Shown here piece by piece: positions 29,255 through 39,679 of a stretch of 64,000 nucleotides of DNA. Both the position numbers and the translations under genes were made by a program. This DNA comes from a virus (lineage: Duplodnaviria; Caudoviricetes). Location of the stretch: IMG/VR virus record IMGVR_UViG_3300032270_000796, positions 41,506 to 105,505 of that record, one strand, 5' to 3'. Position 1 is the stretch's first letter. Every line of letters starts with the position of its first letter. A model generated the notes under the pieces. That model saw only the letters and a list, made by a program, of their open reading frames with translations, was not told the DNA's origin and did not search any database.

Positions 29255-30078
29255 TGTTTACAGATAACCCCAATGTAGAACAAATTGCAGAGCAGGTCTG
29301 GATTTACAGAGGCTTTATAACACCAGAAGAAAATGAAAATATCATGCGTTTAATGAGAGAGCATGAGGCTGCTTACAAAGATTCAAAAGATGCATTTGTA
29401 TTTAGAGATCAGTATATAGACTGGTACAAGGACAAGACTGGCCCATCAATGCCTGAGCTAAAACCAATCTGGGACAGGCTTTCAATGATGCTTTATCCAG
29501 AACACTACATTCATCCACAGCTATTTGTAAATGTAATGCGTCCTGGCGATGAAGGAATGTTTGTACATGCCGATAGTCCAGGAATGAACATGGAGCATGA
29601 CCTAACTCAACTAGACAGATGGTCAACTTGCTGCAGATTAAGCCATGGAGTAGTTGCCTATATGGGAGACTACGAAGGCGGAGAAATATTTTATCCAAAT
29701 ATTGAAGCAGATGGAAGAATTAAAGATAGACCAGGAGATCCTGATGATTGCTTGCAGGTAGACGTAAGACCTGGAGATGTAGCAATCCATGGAGCAACTC
29801 ATCCATGGGAACATGGAGTAAGGAAAATAACAAGTGGGATTAGATTTGCATACTCTAACTTCTGCATGGAAAAGGAACATGCTCCAGGAACATATGAGCT
29901 ATTTGATCCAGCTAAACATCCATTTATGACAGATCCAAAAGAAATCATAAACTGGAACAACACTGTTTATCCTGAAACAACTTTCTGCAAAAAGAAATGT
30001 ATATGCGGGGACTCTGCTGACTTTCCTTATTGCGACAACACTCATAAAGAAGTAAATAAACTTAAATATAAGAAGTAA
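29254..30078 (+). CDS. Fe(II)/2OG oxygenase fused to a C-terminal CDGSH-type 2Fe-2S motif
   Basis: HAD...DYEGGEIFY...HGVRKITSGIR; tail CICGDSADFPYCDNTH. Confidence 0.8.
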   Translation: MFTDNPNVEQIAEQVWIYRGFITPEENENIMRLMREHEAAYKDSKDAFVFRDQYIDWYKDKTGPSMPELKPIWDRLSMMLYPEHYIHPQLFVNVMRPGDEGMFVHADSPGMNMEHDLTQLDRWSTCCRLSHGVVAYMGDYEGGEIFYPNIEADGRIKDRPGDPDDCLQVDVRPGDVAIHGATHPWEHGVRKITSGIRFAYSNFCMEKEHAPGTYELFDPAKHPFMTDPKEIINWNNTVYPETTFCKKKCICGDSADFPYCDNTHKEVNKLKYKK

Positions 30079-30222
30079 TTGAGCATATAGTGCGAAAGTG
30101 CGAAAAGTGCGGCGGTAGAAGACATTTTCAAATGTTATTAAAAGCCCTCAAAGGGCCATATAGCAATTTTAGAACATACGGTCTATCCCAAAGTATGCAA
30201 ATCAATAAAAGAGGGTCTTAGA

Positions 30223-30900
30223 ATGGCTTACAAGTCCTTTTATTATTTACAGATACCTAAAACAGGATCTAAATACTTCATAAGCAACATGTACTCACCA
30301 TTAAAAGATGAGTTTAATAAACATGGCATTGAATTTCTTAATATGTGGGACCAATATAGCAATCCTTTAATAACGGGGTGGCATCCAGAAATAGATAAAG
30401 ATACATATGTAGCATCAACATTTAGAGATCCAGTAAAACAGATAGTCAGCAAGTATTGTGATCAATTTAAATCATCCAACAAGTCAGAAACAAAATATTA
30501 TAGTAATGATCTTCCAGATAAAGAAGCATTTATGCAGAATGCAAATACATATGCTAACAATATGTCTAGATATCTAGTTAGTCATTCAGATGTATATGGT
30601 AAGGATATATTGCAGTCAACTGAAATTAATATTAATAGTGCAGTGCGGCGAAGTAAGAGAGTCAATAAATTCATATTAGAATCAACTAACCCAAATGACA
30701 CAATGCGAAGTATATTACAGGATATGGATCTGCCTGTTCCAAGTCACCTTGAAAAAGGTAAAGTAAACCATAAGATCAATGTGAACAATAGCTCTAGACT
30801 TTTATATGAGTCTTTGACCGCTGAAGAAGTTGAAGCAATTAGATCTATATCTGATATTGATGAGTATGTATATAATTACGCAAAGGGATTAGATTCTTGA
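30223..30900 (+). CDS. Sulfotransferase-family-like protein
   Basis: YLQIPKTGS (5'-PSB loop) and FRDPVKQIVSKY (3'-PB) motifs. Confidence 0.7.
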   Translation: MAYKSFYYLQIPKTGSKYFISNMYSPLKDEFNKHGIEFLNMWDQYSNPLITGWHPEIDKDTYVASTFRDPVKQIVSKYCDQFKSSNKSETKYYSNDLPDKEAFMQNANTYANNMSRYLVSHSDVYGKDILQSTEININSAVRRSKRVNKFILESTNPNDTMRSILQDMDLPVPSHLEKGKVNHKINVNNSSRLLYESLTAEEVEAIRSISDIDEYVYNYAKGLDS

Positions 30901-31157
30901 TCTATATCTTCATCTAGGTCAAAATCAAAGATTTCTACGTTTCCCGCCCACTTTAAAAACTTAGATAGCAAAGCTCCAGAGAGAATTGCTGTCGCAATTA
31001 TTGCTATTGATGCCCATAACTTCTTCATATATATCCTAGTTGAATGAGATTATTAGTATCGATATCATGATTACTAATAGAATACAAATTGATCTTACTT
31101 TTTTCCTTCTTGGCCATTCTTGAGGTACCTTTACGTTATCCATTTTCTACTCCTTTG

Positions 31158-31232
31158 TAGGGATAATCGGATTTGAACCGATAGTCGATTGTATATAAGA
31201 CAATTGCTTTAACCAGATTAAGCTATATCCCC
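31158..31232 (-). tRNA. tRNA-Ile, anticodon UAU
   Basis: GGGGATA-TA-GCTT...AAGC-A-ATTGT-CT(TAT)AT-ACAAT...ATCGG-TTCAAAT-CCGAT-TATCCCT-A cloverleaf. Confidence 0.88.
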
Positions 31233-31451
31233 TAGTTTATATATAGTTGTAGGATGAACCCACATATATTAACTAGGATAGCTATAACACCTACCCAAAT
31301 AATTGTCTTCACTTTCCCGCCTTTGTTTTTTGAACTAACTTCTCAATACAATGTGTACAAAAATTTTCAAGTACGCCTTTAGAGTTAATACGCTCTACAT
31401 ACTTTGGGTTTTCGCAAAAGTCACATTTCATGATATTAGTATACCATAATT

Positions 31452-32354
31452 CTAGTCAACTGCTTTAATTACACAAGTTATCTGATTTGGGTTTCCGCCA
31501 TTACCAATTTCTTCTTTAGAATTAAATACTCTACATTGCCATCCATATTTAGCAAAACCTTCTTTTTCTTTTTCTTTAAGCAATGCTTCAAAATCTTCTT
31601 CTGACATAGAATTTTTTGTATTTAAAAAATCTTCTTTAAACATTGCTGTTAGGAATTGACGAACATAGAATTTGTTTCCTATTACTGGCATTACTGCGTG
31701 ATATAAATCTGTTCTAAATAATAGCCCATCTCCTGCTTGCATCTTATACCTAACTGGTGGATCTATCATCAAACATTTTTGCTCGTTTCCATCAGCATCT
31801 ATATACGTAGACTCTTCACCACCTTCTGTATTAATTAATAGAATTTCTCCGCCCTGGTAGTCATCGTTAGTGTAAATATTGAAATTAAAAATATGTGGAG
31901 TTCCGCCAAACCAAGGTCTTCTATCCTGGTGGTATTCCATTGACAATTGAAGCTTATTGTCAGTATTTTCTGATTCCAGTATAACAACATCTGCCGAGCA
32001 ATAGTTTGGATTAGATCTAGCTTGCTTCATAGATGTTGGAATATCTGGGCTCTCACCAATTAAATTAAAGTAATCTTCATTAAGATAATTTTCTTTGTAT
32101 ACCTTTATTGCATCCCAAAATATATCTAGAAATTCTCTTAGATACACTCCGCCTTCATTTCTACAAACCTCATAAGATGGATCAGTCCATGGATATGCTT
32201 TAGAGTATTGCCCCCATGGCCTCCAATCTTGCCATTGACCAAACCATTGATCATTATTTGTCTTAGATCGAATAATAAAATCTTGTGTGGCTAGTGGGTC
32301 TTTTAAAACGTTTTTAAAAAGTATTACATCTTTTGCTAAAAGCATATGCTCCAT
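31452..32354 (-). CDS. Fe(II)/2OG oxygenase
   Basis: HQD...YTNDDYQGGEI...YHAVMPV.GNK. Confidence 0.8.
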   Translation of the reverse strand: MEHMLLAKDVILFKNVLKDPLATQDFIIRSKTNNDQWFGQWQDWRPWGQYSKAYPWTDPSYEVCRNEGGVYLREFLDIFWDAIKVYKENYLNEDYFNLIGESPDIPTSMKQARSNPNYCSADVVILESENTDNKLQLSMEYHQDRRPWFGGTPHIFNFNIYTNDDYQGGEILLINTEGGEESTYIDADGNEQKCLMIDPPVRYKMQAGDGLLFRTDLYHAVMPVIGNKFYVRQFLTAMFKEDFLNTKNSMSEEDFEALLKEKEKEGFAKYGWQCRVFNSKEEIGNGGNPNQITCVIKAVD

Positions 32355-33011
32355 TTACTTGTCTTCTTCCTCTAATACGCTCCACCAAGACCACTCTTTT
32401 TGCCAGCGCTTTCCAATTGGTGACTCTAGCCACTCTTTAGATTCACGAATTGTTTTATTTCTATGTTCTGTATGCCATTCTTGGCTCATCTCTACTGAAT
32501 CTTGTAATGTATCATATGCAACAAATGTTACTGTTCTTTTATTATTGCCTGTAACAGAATTTGCTCCATGTAAACAGGCTGAGGATTGCACTACTACATC
32601 TCCCTTATGTGGTTGCATCCATGTATTAGATACTGGGTAGTACAGCTCTCCTCCATCCATTTCTGCTAAGTATATTACTCCGCCAAAAGTTTTTTTCTTT
32701 GGATGTGGATCATGAGCTTGGTCATCTCTGTGCAAACCAAAAGGTTTTCCTGGCTCTGAATACCAGTGAAGAAAATTCCCTATTTCGTATTGAGTTCCTT
32801 CAAACAGACTTTCTATTTTTTCAACTAAGCTTGGTAACATGCTTCCACCAATTAGTTCAATTCCTTTATTTTCAGGATTTACATATTTGTTTGGTGAGTT
32901 TGAACCACGAAGTGATTCTTCAAATGCTTCATCGCACATATCTTCTGGTATAAATCCCCTAAGAACATATGCGTCTTCATTTATTTTTTCCCAACCAGTA
33001 AAATCAAACAT
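32355..33011 (-). CDS. Fe(II)/2OG oxygenase (paralogue set with 33789 and 34475)
   Basis: HRD...IYLAEMDGGELYYP...HGANSVTGNNKR. Confidence 0.85.
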   Translation of the reverse strand: MFDFTGWEKINEDAYVLRGFIPEDMCDEAFEESLRGSNSPNKYVNPENKGIELIGGSMLPSLVEKIESLFEGTQYEIGNFLHWYSEPGKPFGLHRDDQAHDPHPKKKTFGGVIYLAEMDGGELYYPVSNTWMQPHKGDVVVQSSACLHGANSVTGNNKRTVTFVAYDTLQDSVEMSQEWHTEHRNKTIRESKEWLESPIGKRWQKEWSWWSVLEEEDK

Positions 33012-33032
33012 TTGTATTCCTCCTATATTTAA

Positions 33033-33686
33033 TTATAGCACTGCAATGTCTATAAACATATCGTACAGCTTTTGTGTTAATTCTTGGTTTAGCCCATCGA
33101 CATCATGTCCTTTTGTTTTGTCGCTGCAGTCTAGGGTAAATTGTTGTAGCCCTGTTGCTTCAAATATCTCTTTTTGAGTAATTATTCTTAGCCCAAGGGC
33201 GGAACCATACTCGTTTAGTGCGGCGCAAAATTCATTATTCTGCTGAAGACGCTCATCATAGGAGTATTCATCTACTTCTTCCCAATACGGAATAATGTTC
33301 TCTTTAAACTGAGGATGTGGTTCTGCAAGTATTAGCTGAGAGTTTGGAAAATATTGAAGTAAAAAATCAACATAGCGTTTGACACATTCAGCAGCATTTT
33401 TGTATTTAGGTAATAGGTACTTTATGTCAATGTATCCAAACCAGGCTATTACTATGCCATCATCTTGGATCTCTGACCATCCTACTCTTCCCCCCTTTGG
33501 TTTTGGAGTTTCCATTAGTGAAGAGTATCGATTCATTTTTAAAAGATCATATGGATTAAATTTCCAAGCTGAGTGTCCGCCTTTACCCCAAGCTTTTAAT
33601 TCAACTCTTGTTTCGTTATCAGTATAATGTTCAAATATTCTAGTTGACTGACAATCACCTATTAGGTATAATTTTTTAGATATCAC
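33033..33686 (-). CDS. SGNH/GDSL-hydrolase-like protein (degenerate)
   Basis: LIGDCQ block I-like, FGYIDI block III-like; catalytic Ser and His not canonical. Confidence 0.45.
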   Translation of the reverse strand: MISKKLYLIGDCQSTRIFEHYTDNETRVELKAWGKGGHSAWKFNPYDLLKMNRYSSLMETPKPKGGRVGWSEIQDDGIVIAWFGYIDIKYLLPKYKNAAECVKRYVDFLLQYFPNSQLILAEPHPQFKENIIPYWEEVDEYSYDERLQQNNEFCAALNEYGSALGLRIITQKEIFEATGLQQFTLDCSDKTKGHDVDGLNQELTQKLYDMFIDIAVL

Positions 33687-33788
33687 TTGATCTTAGGTCT
33701 TAGGTCTATATATATTAATTTATATGATTTATTGATTTGCTGACCCCCCGACCCCCCTATTGGAAGTATACTATTTAGAAATTCTATG

Positions 33789-34439
33789 TCAAGGGTAAGT
33801 TATATTTATATTATAATCTTTAATCCAAAGCTTACCAAATTCAGATTCTAGCCATTCCTTAGATGCCATTACTTGCCTATCTTTTTCAGCTGCAACTACT
33901 TCTCCGTGTGGTTCTATACTTGGATCTATTTCATTTGTTTTATCGTAAACCACAAAAGTTATTGTTCTTTTATTTCCGCCAGTTACTGGTGTTGCTGCAT
34001 GTGGAATTACAGCTGTATGCAAGACCATGTCACCCTTGCCAGGATGTACGTATGTATTATTTGTAGGATACAGCAGTTCTCCACCACTCATGTCTGATAG
34101 ATATATGACACCAGCCCATGTTTTTTTAAATGGAGTTGGGTCATACGCTTCATCATCTCTATGTACGCCAAACCAAAGCCCATCTTTTGTATACCAGTGT
34201 AAAAAAGATCCAACAAAGAACTCAGTGCCTTCAAAAAATGATTCTACCTTGCTAACAATTCTTTCATCCATTGCTCCGCCAAGCAGCTCAACTTGATCTA
34301 TATCTCTAACAATTCTATCAGGATGAGTAGACAGACTTATTGATTCATTGAATGCATCATCGCATATAGCGTCATCTAAAAATTTACGCCATATATAAGC
34401 TTCATCATTTATTTTTTCAAAATTGCTAAAATCTATCAC
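33789..34439 (-). CDS. Fe(II)/2OG oxygenase (paralogue)
   Basis: HRD...IYLSDMSGGELLYP...HAATPVTGGNKR. Confidence 0.85.
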   Translation of the reverse strand: MIDFSNFEKINDEAYIWRKFLDDAICDDAFNESISLSTHPDRIVRDIDQVELLGGAMDERIVSKVESFFEGTEFFVGSFLHWYTKDGLWFGVHRDDEAYDPTPFKKTWAGVIYLSDMSGGELLYPTNNTYVHPGKGDMVLHTAVIPHAATPVTGGNKRTITFVVYDKTNEIDPSIEPHGEVVAAEKDRQVMASKEWLESEFGKLWIKDYNINITYP

Positions 34440-34474
34440 TATGTACTCTTTCTTAGTATGTAATTTCTAGTTGA

Positions 34475-35173
34475 CTAGTTTAACTTTAAATCTTTATCTT
34501 CAATCCAATAATCTTTTCTCCAGGCTTTTCCAATATCAGTATTTAGCCAATCTGTTGCTGAGTAAACAGCATTAAGAGTTTTTGCAGACTCTCCATGGGC
34601 TCTATCTGATACCGCTATGCAGCTGTTTTCTTTACCTGATGTATTTGTAGGATCAACAGGTAAATCTCTATCATATAAGCTAAAGGTTATGGTTCTTTTA
34701 TTACTAGTAGTTACAGGTGTAGCTCCATGAGGACATGAAGCAGCATGAATAAGAAGATCTCCCTTATGTGGCTTTACCGTCAAATTTTCTTCTGGGTAGA
34801 ACACAATTCCGCCATCTGGATTTGTCTCTGATAAATATATTACAGCAGACCATACTTTTGTATAAGGAGTTTCATCATCAGCTTCGTTGTCTCTGTGTAT
34901 ACCAAACCATGTGTTTGCAGGAGTATGCCAATGTAAAAAATATTTTAGTTCCCAATTAAGATCCTTAAATATATCTTTTGCCTTCTCTAATATTCCATTG
35001 TCTACTGCCGCTCCAAGAACTTCAATCTTGTCATAAGGTCTTATTTCTTTTTCATCGTTATTAGATGAATACTCTGATGCTCTAAATGCTTCGTCAGCTG
35101 TTTCGTTGTCTAAAAATCCACGCCATATATAAGAATGGTCACTTATTTTTTCAAAATTGGTAGTATCAAACAT
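34475..35173 (-). CDS. Fe(II)/2OG oxygenase (paralogue)
   Basis: HRD...IYLS....GG..FYP...HGATPVTTSNKR. Confidence 0.85.
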   Translation of the reverse strand: MFDTTNFEKISDHSYIWRGFLDNETADEAFRASEYSSNNDEKEIRPYDKIEVLGAAVDNGILEKAKDIFKDLNWELKYFLHWHTPANTWFGIHRDNEADDETPYTKVWSAVIYLSETNPDGGIVFYPEENLTVKPHKGDLLIHAASCPHGATPVTTSNKRTITFSLYDRDLPVDPTNTSGKENSCIAVSDRAHGESAKTLNAVYSATDWLNTDIGKAWRKDYWIEDKDLKLN

Positions 35174-35466
35174 TTAGATCCCCCTATTAATAATTAATAA
35201 TTAATTATATCATGAATAGATTCTGGTCAAGTAAAATATCAGATTTCATAAAATGTTAATATATTTTTATTTTGTACGATACACACCTAAAAATAAATCG
35301 GACATTTAGGATAGACCGCACATAATGAGCGTGTGCCTATGGGCAATGTGAGTCATCTCACAAAGTATTTTTTCAATTTGTCCCTAATGTCCGAATTTGG
35401 AGTTGATAAATGTCAGACCCCCATGCTACGCTTATACTATAACAAACAAACGAAAGGAGTCAGACA

Positions 35467-35643
35467 ATGACTCAACTAAATGAAACACTATTCAGCACTA
35501 TCGTGCATGACTTCCATAATGGTGGAGTAAAGTCCTCTTATGGACTATCTGCCTATGACCGCAAGGCTATGGTCAAGTACCTAATCTCTAGCCCTGCTTG
35601 CTACTGTATCGAGTGCGTGTGTGAGGTAACTCACACCGCATAA
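35467..35643 (+). CDS. Small hypothetical protein (58 aa)
   Basis: Promoter, AACGAAAGGAG leader and ATG; MTQLNETLFSTIVHDFHNGG... Confidence 0.7.
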   Translation: MTQLNETLFSTIVHDFHNGGVKSSYGLSAYDRKAMVKYLISSPACYCIECVCEVTHTA

Positions 35644-35720
35644 GGTGCGTGTCGCCTTGATAATGTCAGACCTATACCCTATAATTCCATTATAACCAAC
35701 TAACGAAAGAAGAACAGACA

Positions 35721-35873
35721 ATGACAATCACATACTCACTATGGGACGGCGCTCAACTACTAGGCGCAGGTTTCACCGCTAATAGCGCAGACGAAATGAA
35801 TAAGGTTGTAGCAGACCTACAAAAGGTTTCTAAAAATGTTGTAGCACACATGCGAAAGGTAGAACAGAACTAA
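35721..35873 (+). CDS. Small hypothetical protein (50 aa)
   Basis: Promoter and AACGAAAG leader; MTITYSLWDGAQLLG... Confidence 0.7.
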   Translation: MTITYSLWDGAQLLGAGFTANSADEMNKVVADLQKVSKNVVAHMRKVEQN

Positions 35874-36055
35874 TGTCATACGCATACTCATACAATACAA
35901 ACACGATAGATAAATACGAGTCTATCCAATCAGATGTTTCAGACGCATACGCATACCTTGATGAGGTAGATGAGGAACAACCTCCCGTTGATGACTTTGA
36001 TGATGTTGATGATGAAGAACTAGCAAAAGTATTCGCACTAAGTTGGGATAACTAA
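35873..36055 (+). CDS. Small acidic protein
   Basis: TAATG coupling to the upstream gene; D/E-rich C-terminal half. Confidence 0.7.
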   Translation: MSYAYSYNTNTIDKYESIQSDVSDAYAYLDEVDEEQPPVDDFDDVDDEELAKVFALSWDN

Positions 36056-36510
36056 TAATGACACTAGAACTAAATGACTATGGCTTAGAGTTTGATACCT
36101 ATGTATGCTACATAGCGTTATCTTGGCAGGTAATTATTCCCGCCCTAATTAGCGTAATCGCTTACAAGATTTACAAGAGAAAGAAGAATAAGTAATGACT
36201 ACTAATCGCCTACTAACTACGCTAGTCCAACTAGGTATCGGTATCCCCGCCCTACTTATGCTGCGCCTAGTAATTCGTGATCTAATTCATAATAAATTAG
36301 ACTAACGCTACGGCGTGTCGGCTTGACAAAATCAAGCTGGCCCGCAAAGGCACGGGGTCGGGCGTGTCGTTACGTTACTGTTATAAAAGCCCTGGAAATT
36401 TGTGAGATTTATCACATAAAAAGATTTATGAAAACACGGCGTGTCGATTGGATAATGTCGGTGCAATACGCTATAATTCCTACTATAACAACAACGAAAG
36501 AAGGTCAGAA

Positions 36511-36639
36511 ATGAACCTAGAAGAATACAAGGCGCATGTAGAGGCGCAACGCAAGGCAAGCCTTCTAAAGGCTATCGCAACAATGTCAGAGGCTAATGAT
36601 AAGATGTCCTCTCTATTCAATACTAAGGAGGCAGAATAA
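36511..36639 (+). CDS. Small hypothetical protein
   Basis: Start after promoter and leader (MNLEEYKAH). Confidence 0.7.
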   Translation: MNLEEYKAHVEAQRKASLLKAIATMSEANDKMSSLFNTKEAE

Positions 36640-36899
36640 TGGGTTATGTAGAAATCTTTCGCCTAGATGACGAGGGTGCTGGCTGGGTAGATTTATCCGA
36701 GGCAACACCAAAAGAATTGCTAGATTTAGAAATTGGTTTATTTCAGGAAGGTGCGCTCTAATGAAAAAATACACATTCGGCGTTTGGCTAGACATAGACG
36801 CAGAAGATGAAGAAATGGCGTTATCTTTATTTGATGAGGTTGTAAAGAAAAGTCCTTTTGTTTCAGACTCTTATTGTTTTGAATGGAAAGAGGTTGCAG

Positions 36900-37094
36900 A
36901 TGAAATCGCAATTTGAAAAAGATTTAGAAATCAAGGAAAGTTTTATTGATTTACTAAATGATGTTTATCCTACTGTAAAAATTGGATACTCTACTTTTAC
37001 ACCCGCCGAAATCTTAGAATGTTGCGACCCTGTTGCTTTTGCAATCGGATTAGTTGAACACGAAGATTACTTAGCAGAAATGGAAAACGAATGA
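36900..37094 (+). CDS. Hypothetical protein
   Basis: RBS GAGG; MKSQFEKD...LLNDVYPTVKIG..F.PAEILE.CDP. Confidence 0.7.
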   Translation: MKSQFEKDLEIKESFIDLLNDVYPTVKIGYSTFTPAEILECCDPVAFAIGLVEHEDYLAEMENE

Positions 37095-37442
37095 GCGACT
37101 TATTTGGATTTGAAAAAGCAATTCAATTAGATCATCTTAGCGATGAGCAAATAAATCAGCTAGAGGAAATCCTAAAAGATTTTCAATAACTAACGGCGTG
37201 TCGACTTGACAAAGTTGATCCGCCCCCATAAGCACGGGGTCGGGCGTGTCGTTATGAAAGAGTTATAAAAACCCTGGAATTTTACGGCGTGTCGACTTGA
37301 CAGACAAAACGGACATATTTATGTGATTAGTATCACATGGCTTGAGCGTCTCAATATTTGGAATTACTGGCTAGTAATGTGAAAATGTCAGTAGGCTCGT
37401 GTATAATTCCATACATAACAACAAACGAAAGAAGGTCTGCCA

Positions 37443-37649
37443 ATGGCTACCAAACTCTACACAATCGAAAGCCTACTCGTAGGACAAAACTACCGCTCAC
37501 GCAATCGCCACTTTTCTGGCGAAATTGTATCCGCTAAGCCTCGCCCCGAAATTTGGTATGGCGATAAAACCGAAGCCTTTTTAATTGAGGTTCGCACAGG
37601 TGGTCTGCGAAATAAATTCGCAACTGTTGCCGTAAAGGTAGGTGAATAA
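37443..37649 (+). CDS. Hypothetical protein
   Basis: Promoter and leader. Confidence 0.7.
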   Translation: MATKLYTIESLLVGQNYRSRNRHFSGEIVSAKPRPEIWYGDKTEAFLIEVRTGGLRNKFATVAVKVGE

Positions 37650-37978
37650 ATGAAAAGTTTTTCATCTGATGTAATTGACCAAAATGAATTTTATCTTATA
37701 CACGACACAACTTTTATGTGTTGCGATGAAAGTCAATTTCGCTATTCTTGTAAGGCTCACGGCGAAATGATGGGTTGCTACTTTTGCGAATTTGATTACT
37801 CAAAAGAATGTGAGTGTGAGGAATAATGATAAACTCAGTAATGCGTATAGATTGCTCAGAGTGTAATTCAACTGGACTAATCTTTTTTGGCGATAACAAT
37901 AATTTTGATGTCGAAACTTGCGATTGCGATTTCGGCAAAGAGCAAGACTCATTTTTTAACTAACGAAAGGGAAAACCT

Positions 37979-38185
37979 ATGTATAAAATAACTATTGCTT
38001 ATGATGAAAATGCTCCGCATTGGAGTAAGCCGTTTAATGATGAATTCGAAGCGTGGAAAGATTTTTTTTCTTTCACCGATTGGGGTTTTGCTAATGAATA
38101 CTCAACTGTAAATTTATTTACACCCAGCGGAAAATGCTACACAAAAATTTTCTATCGTGAAGGACGAAAGGTCGTAACAAAATGA
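37979..38185 (+). CDS. Hypothetical protein
   Basis: AACGAAAGG leader. Confidence 0.7.
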   Translation: MYKITIAYDENAPHWSKPFNDEFEAWKDFFSFTDWGFANEYSTVNLFTPSGKCYTKIFYREGRKVVTK

Positions 38186-38373
38186 TGACTCGTAAAGATT
38201 ATGTCGCAACGGCAGAAATTCTAAAGTATCTAAGCAACAAAACTCACCCTGCTGTTTTTTCTAAAACTGTTCACGATTTTGCTGAGATGTTTGCAAAAGA
38301 TAATGAAAGATTTGATGTAAAGCGATTTCATGAAGCGAGTGGGTATCATGTTCCTAACTTCACTTCAAGATAA
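38182..38373 (+). CDS. Hypothetical protein
   Basis: ATGA overlap; MTRKDY...F..DN.RFD..RF. Confidence 0.7.
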   Translation: MMTRKDYVATAEILKYLSNKTHPAVFSKTVHDFAEMFAKDNERFDVKRFHEASGYHVPNFTSR

Positions 38374-38628
38374 AGTAAAGCGAATTCAGGAATTGCGTCG
38401 CAGTAATGCGGCGCAACCTGTTCGCAATAAAAAGAAATACACACGCAAGATCAAACACAAAAATAAATATTCAGAGTAGCGCATAAATATGCAGCTGCCC
38501 TCTCTTTTGTGGGGGGTCTAGTGTGAATTACGTCACATTTTAAAAATACCCTGAAAATTCGGCGTGTCGATTTTGATCTGTCAGTCCATTCTGCTATACT
38601 TGCCACTTAACCAACGAAAGGCTAACTA

Positions 38629-38838
38629 ATGGATAATTTTACTGTTGCTTGCTTGAACTATGAAATTTGTGGTGCTCAAGAAACTTTTGATAACGATGCA
38701 GAATATGAAATTTATGGCGATGACTATATTTGTGCTGAATGCTATGCATCTGAGGAAATGGAATTCTTTGAAACTATAGGCTGGTCTGATAGCGACGCTC
38801 TTGCGTCTGCTGGCCACGGAATGGATGAGGACTACTAA
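38629..38838 (+). CDS. Small acidic Cys-containing protein
   Basis: Promoter and leader; DALASAGHGMDEDY tail. Confidence 0.7.
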   Translation: MDNFTVACLNYEICGAQETFDNDAEYEIYGDDYICAECYASEEMEFFETIGWSDSDALASAGHGMDEDY

Positions 38839-38959
38839 TGGATACCTGTATCGCTTGTAATCAAGAAACTACTCAATTTGTAACCGATGACGGGGAATTC
38901 TATTACCCTGTGTGTGGAGAGTGCTACTAATGTCAGTCCCGCCCGCTATAATTACCCCT

Positions 38960-39679
38960 ATGAAACTGAAACGTTCTAATGATAGAAAGGTGGCTAACCT
39001 TGTCACAAAAAATGGAAAGCAAGCCGCAATTGCAAACACGTTCGGGCTCCCTGCTGGAAAAGCTTACTCATGCCCTGGTGCCACTAGTATTTGTGAGAGC
39101 GTATGCTATGCAGGAAAACTTGAAAAACTATTCCCAGGAGTAAAAACTAATCTGCTTCACAATTGGGCCCTACTTAAGGACGCCGATAGCGAAACTATGG
39201 TCCGCCTATTAGAAGAGATGATTGTTGATTTTGTTGCTGATTGTAATAAGAAGAATGCGCCTAAGTTATTCCGTATCCACTGGGACGGGGATTTCTTTAG
39301 CGATACTTATACATATGCGTGGAAGACTGTTATTGAAAACCATTCCGATATTCAATTTTGGGTTTATACACGTGTAAAGTCTGCAGCGCTTATTATCAAG
39401 GATGTTGCTAATCTTTCACTGTACTATTCTACGGATGATGAAAATAAAGAAATAGCATTCGATTTAAAAAAGAATTCTAAGGTCCGCCTGGCCTACCTTG
39501 GAAAGACATTTGCTTCAACCGAAGACACAATGAAAGAGTTAACGGGCAAGCCTGGCGCTAAGTGTCCTGAGAATATGAAAAGCATTCCGCTAATCTCTAG
39601 CAATGGGTCCGCATGTGTATCTTGTGGTCTCTGTGTTTATGGTAAAGCCGATATTAGATTTTCTGCGAGTAAAAAATAA
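38960..39679 (+). CDS. Gp88-like Cys-rich protein (probably leaderless)
   Basis: FGLPAG...SCPGAT..C..VCYA...FRIHWDGDF...FWVYTR; ATG 7 nt after TATAAT. Confidence 0.7.
   Translation: MKLKRSNDRKVANLVTKNGKQAAIANTFGLPAGKAYSCPGATSICESVCYAGKLEKLFPGVKTNLLHNWALLKDADSETMVRLLEEMIVDFVADCNKKNAPKLFRIHWDGDFFSDTYTYAWKTVIENHSDIQFWVYTRVKSAALIIKDVANLSLYYSTDDENKEIAFDLKKNSKVRLAYLGKTFASTEDTMKELTGKPGAKCPENMKSIPLISSNGSACVSCGLCVYGKADIRFSASKK

Noticed and set aside
33688-33760. Short repeats (tcttagg x2, gacccccc x2) as iterons
   Set aside because: Too short and too few to support a function
35295-35400. TCGGAC as a LexA SOS box
   Set aside because: No TCGAAC-N4-GTTCGA palindrome; the motif forms direct repeats
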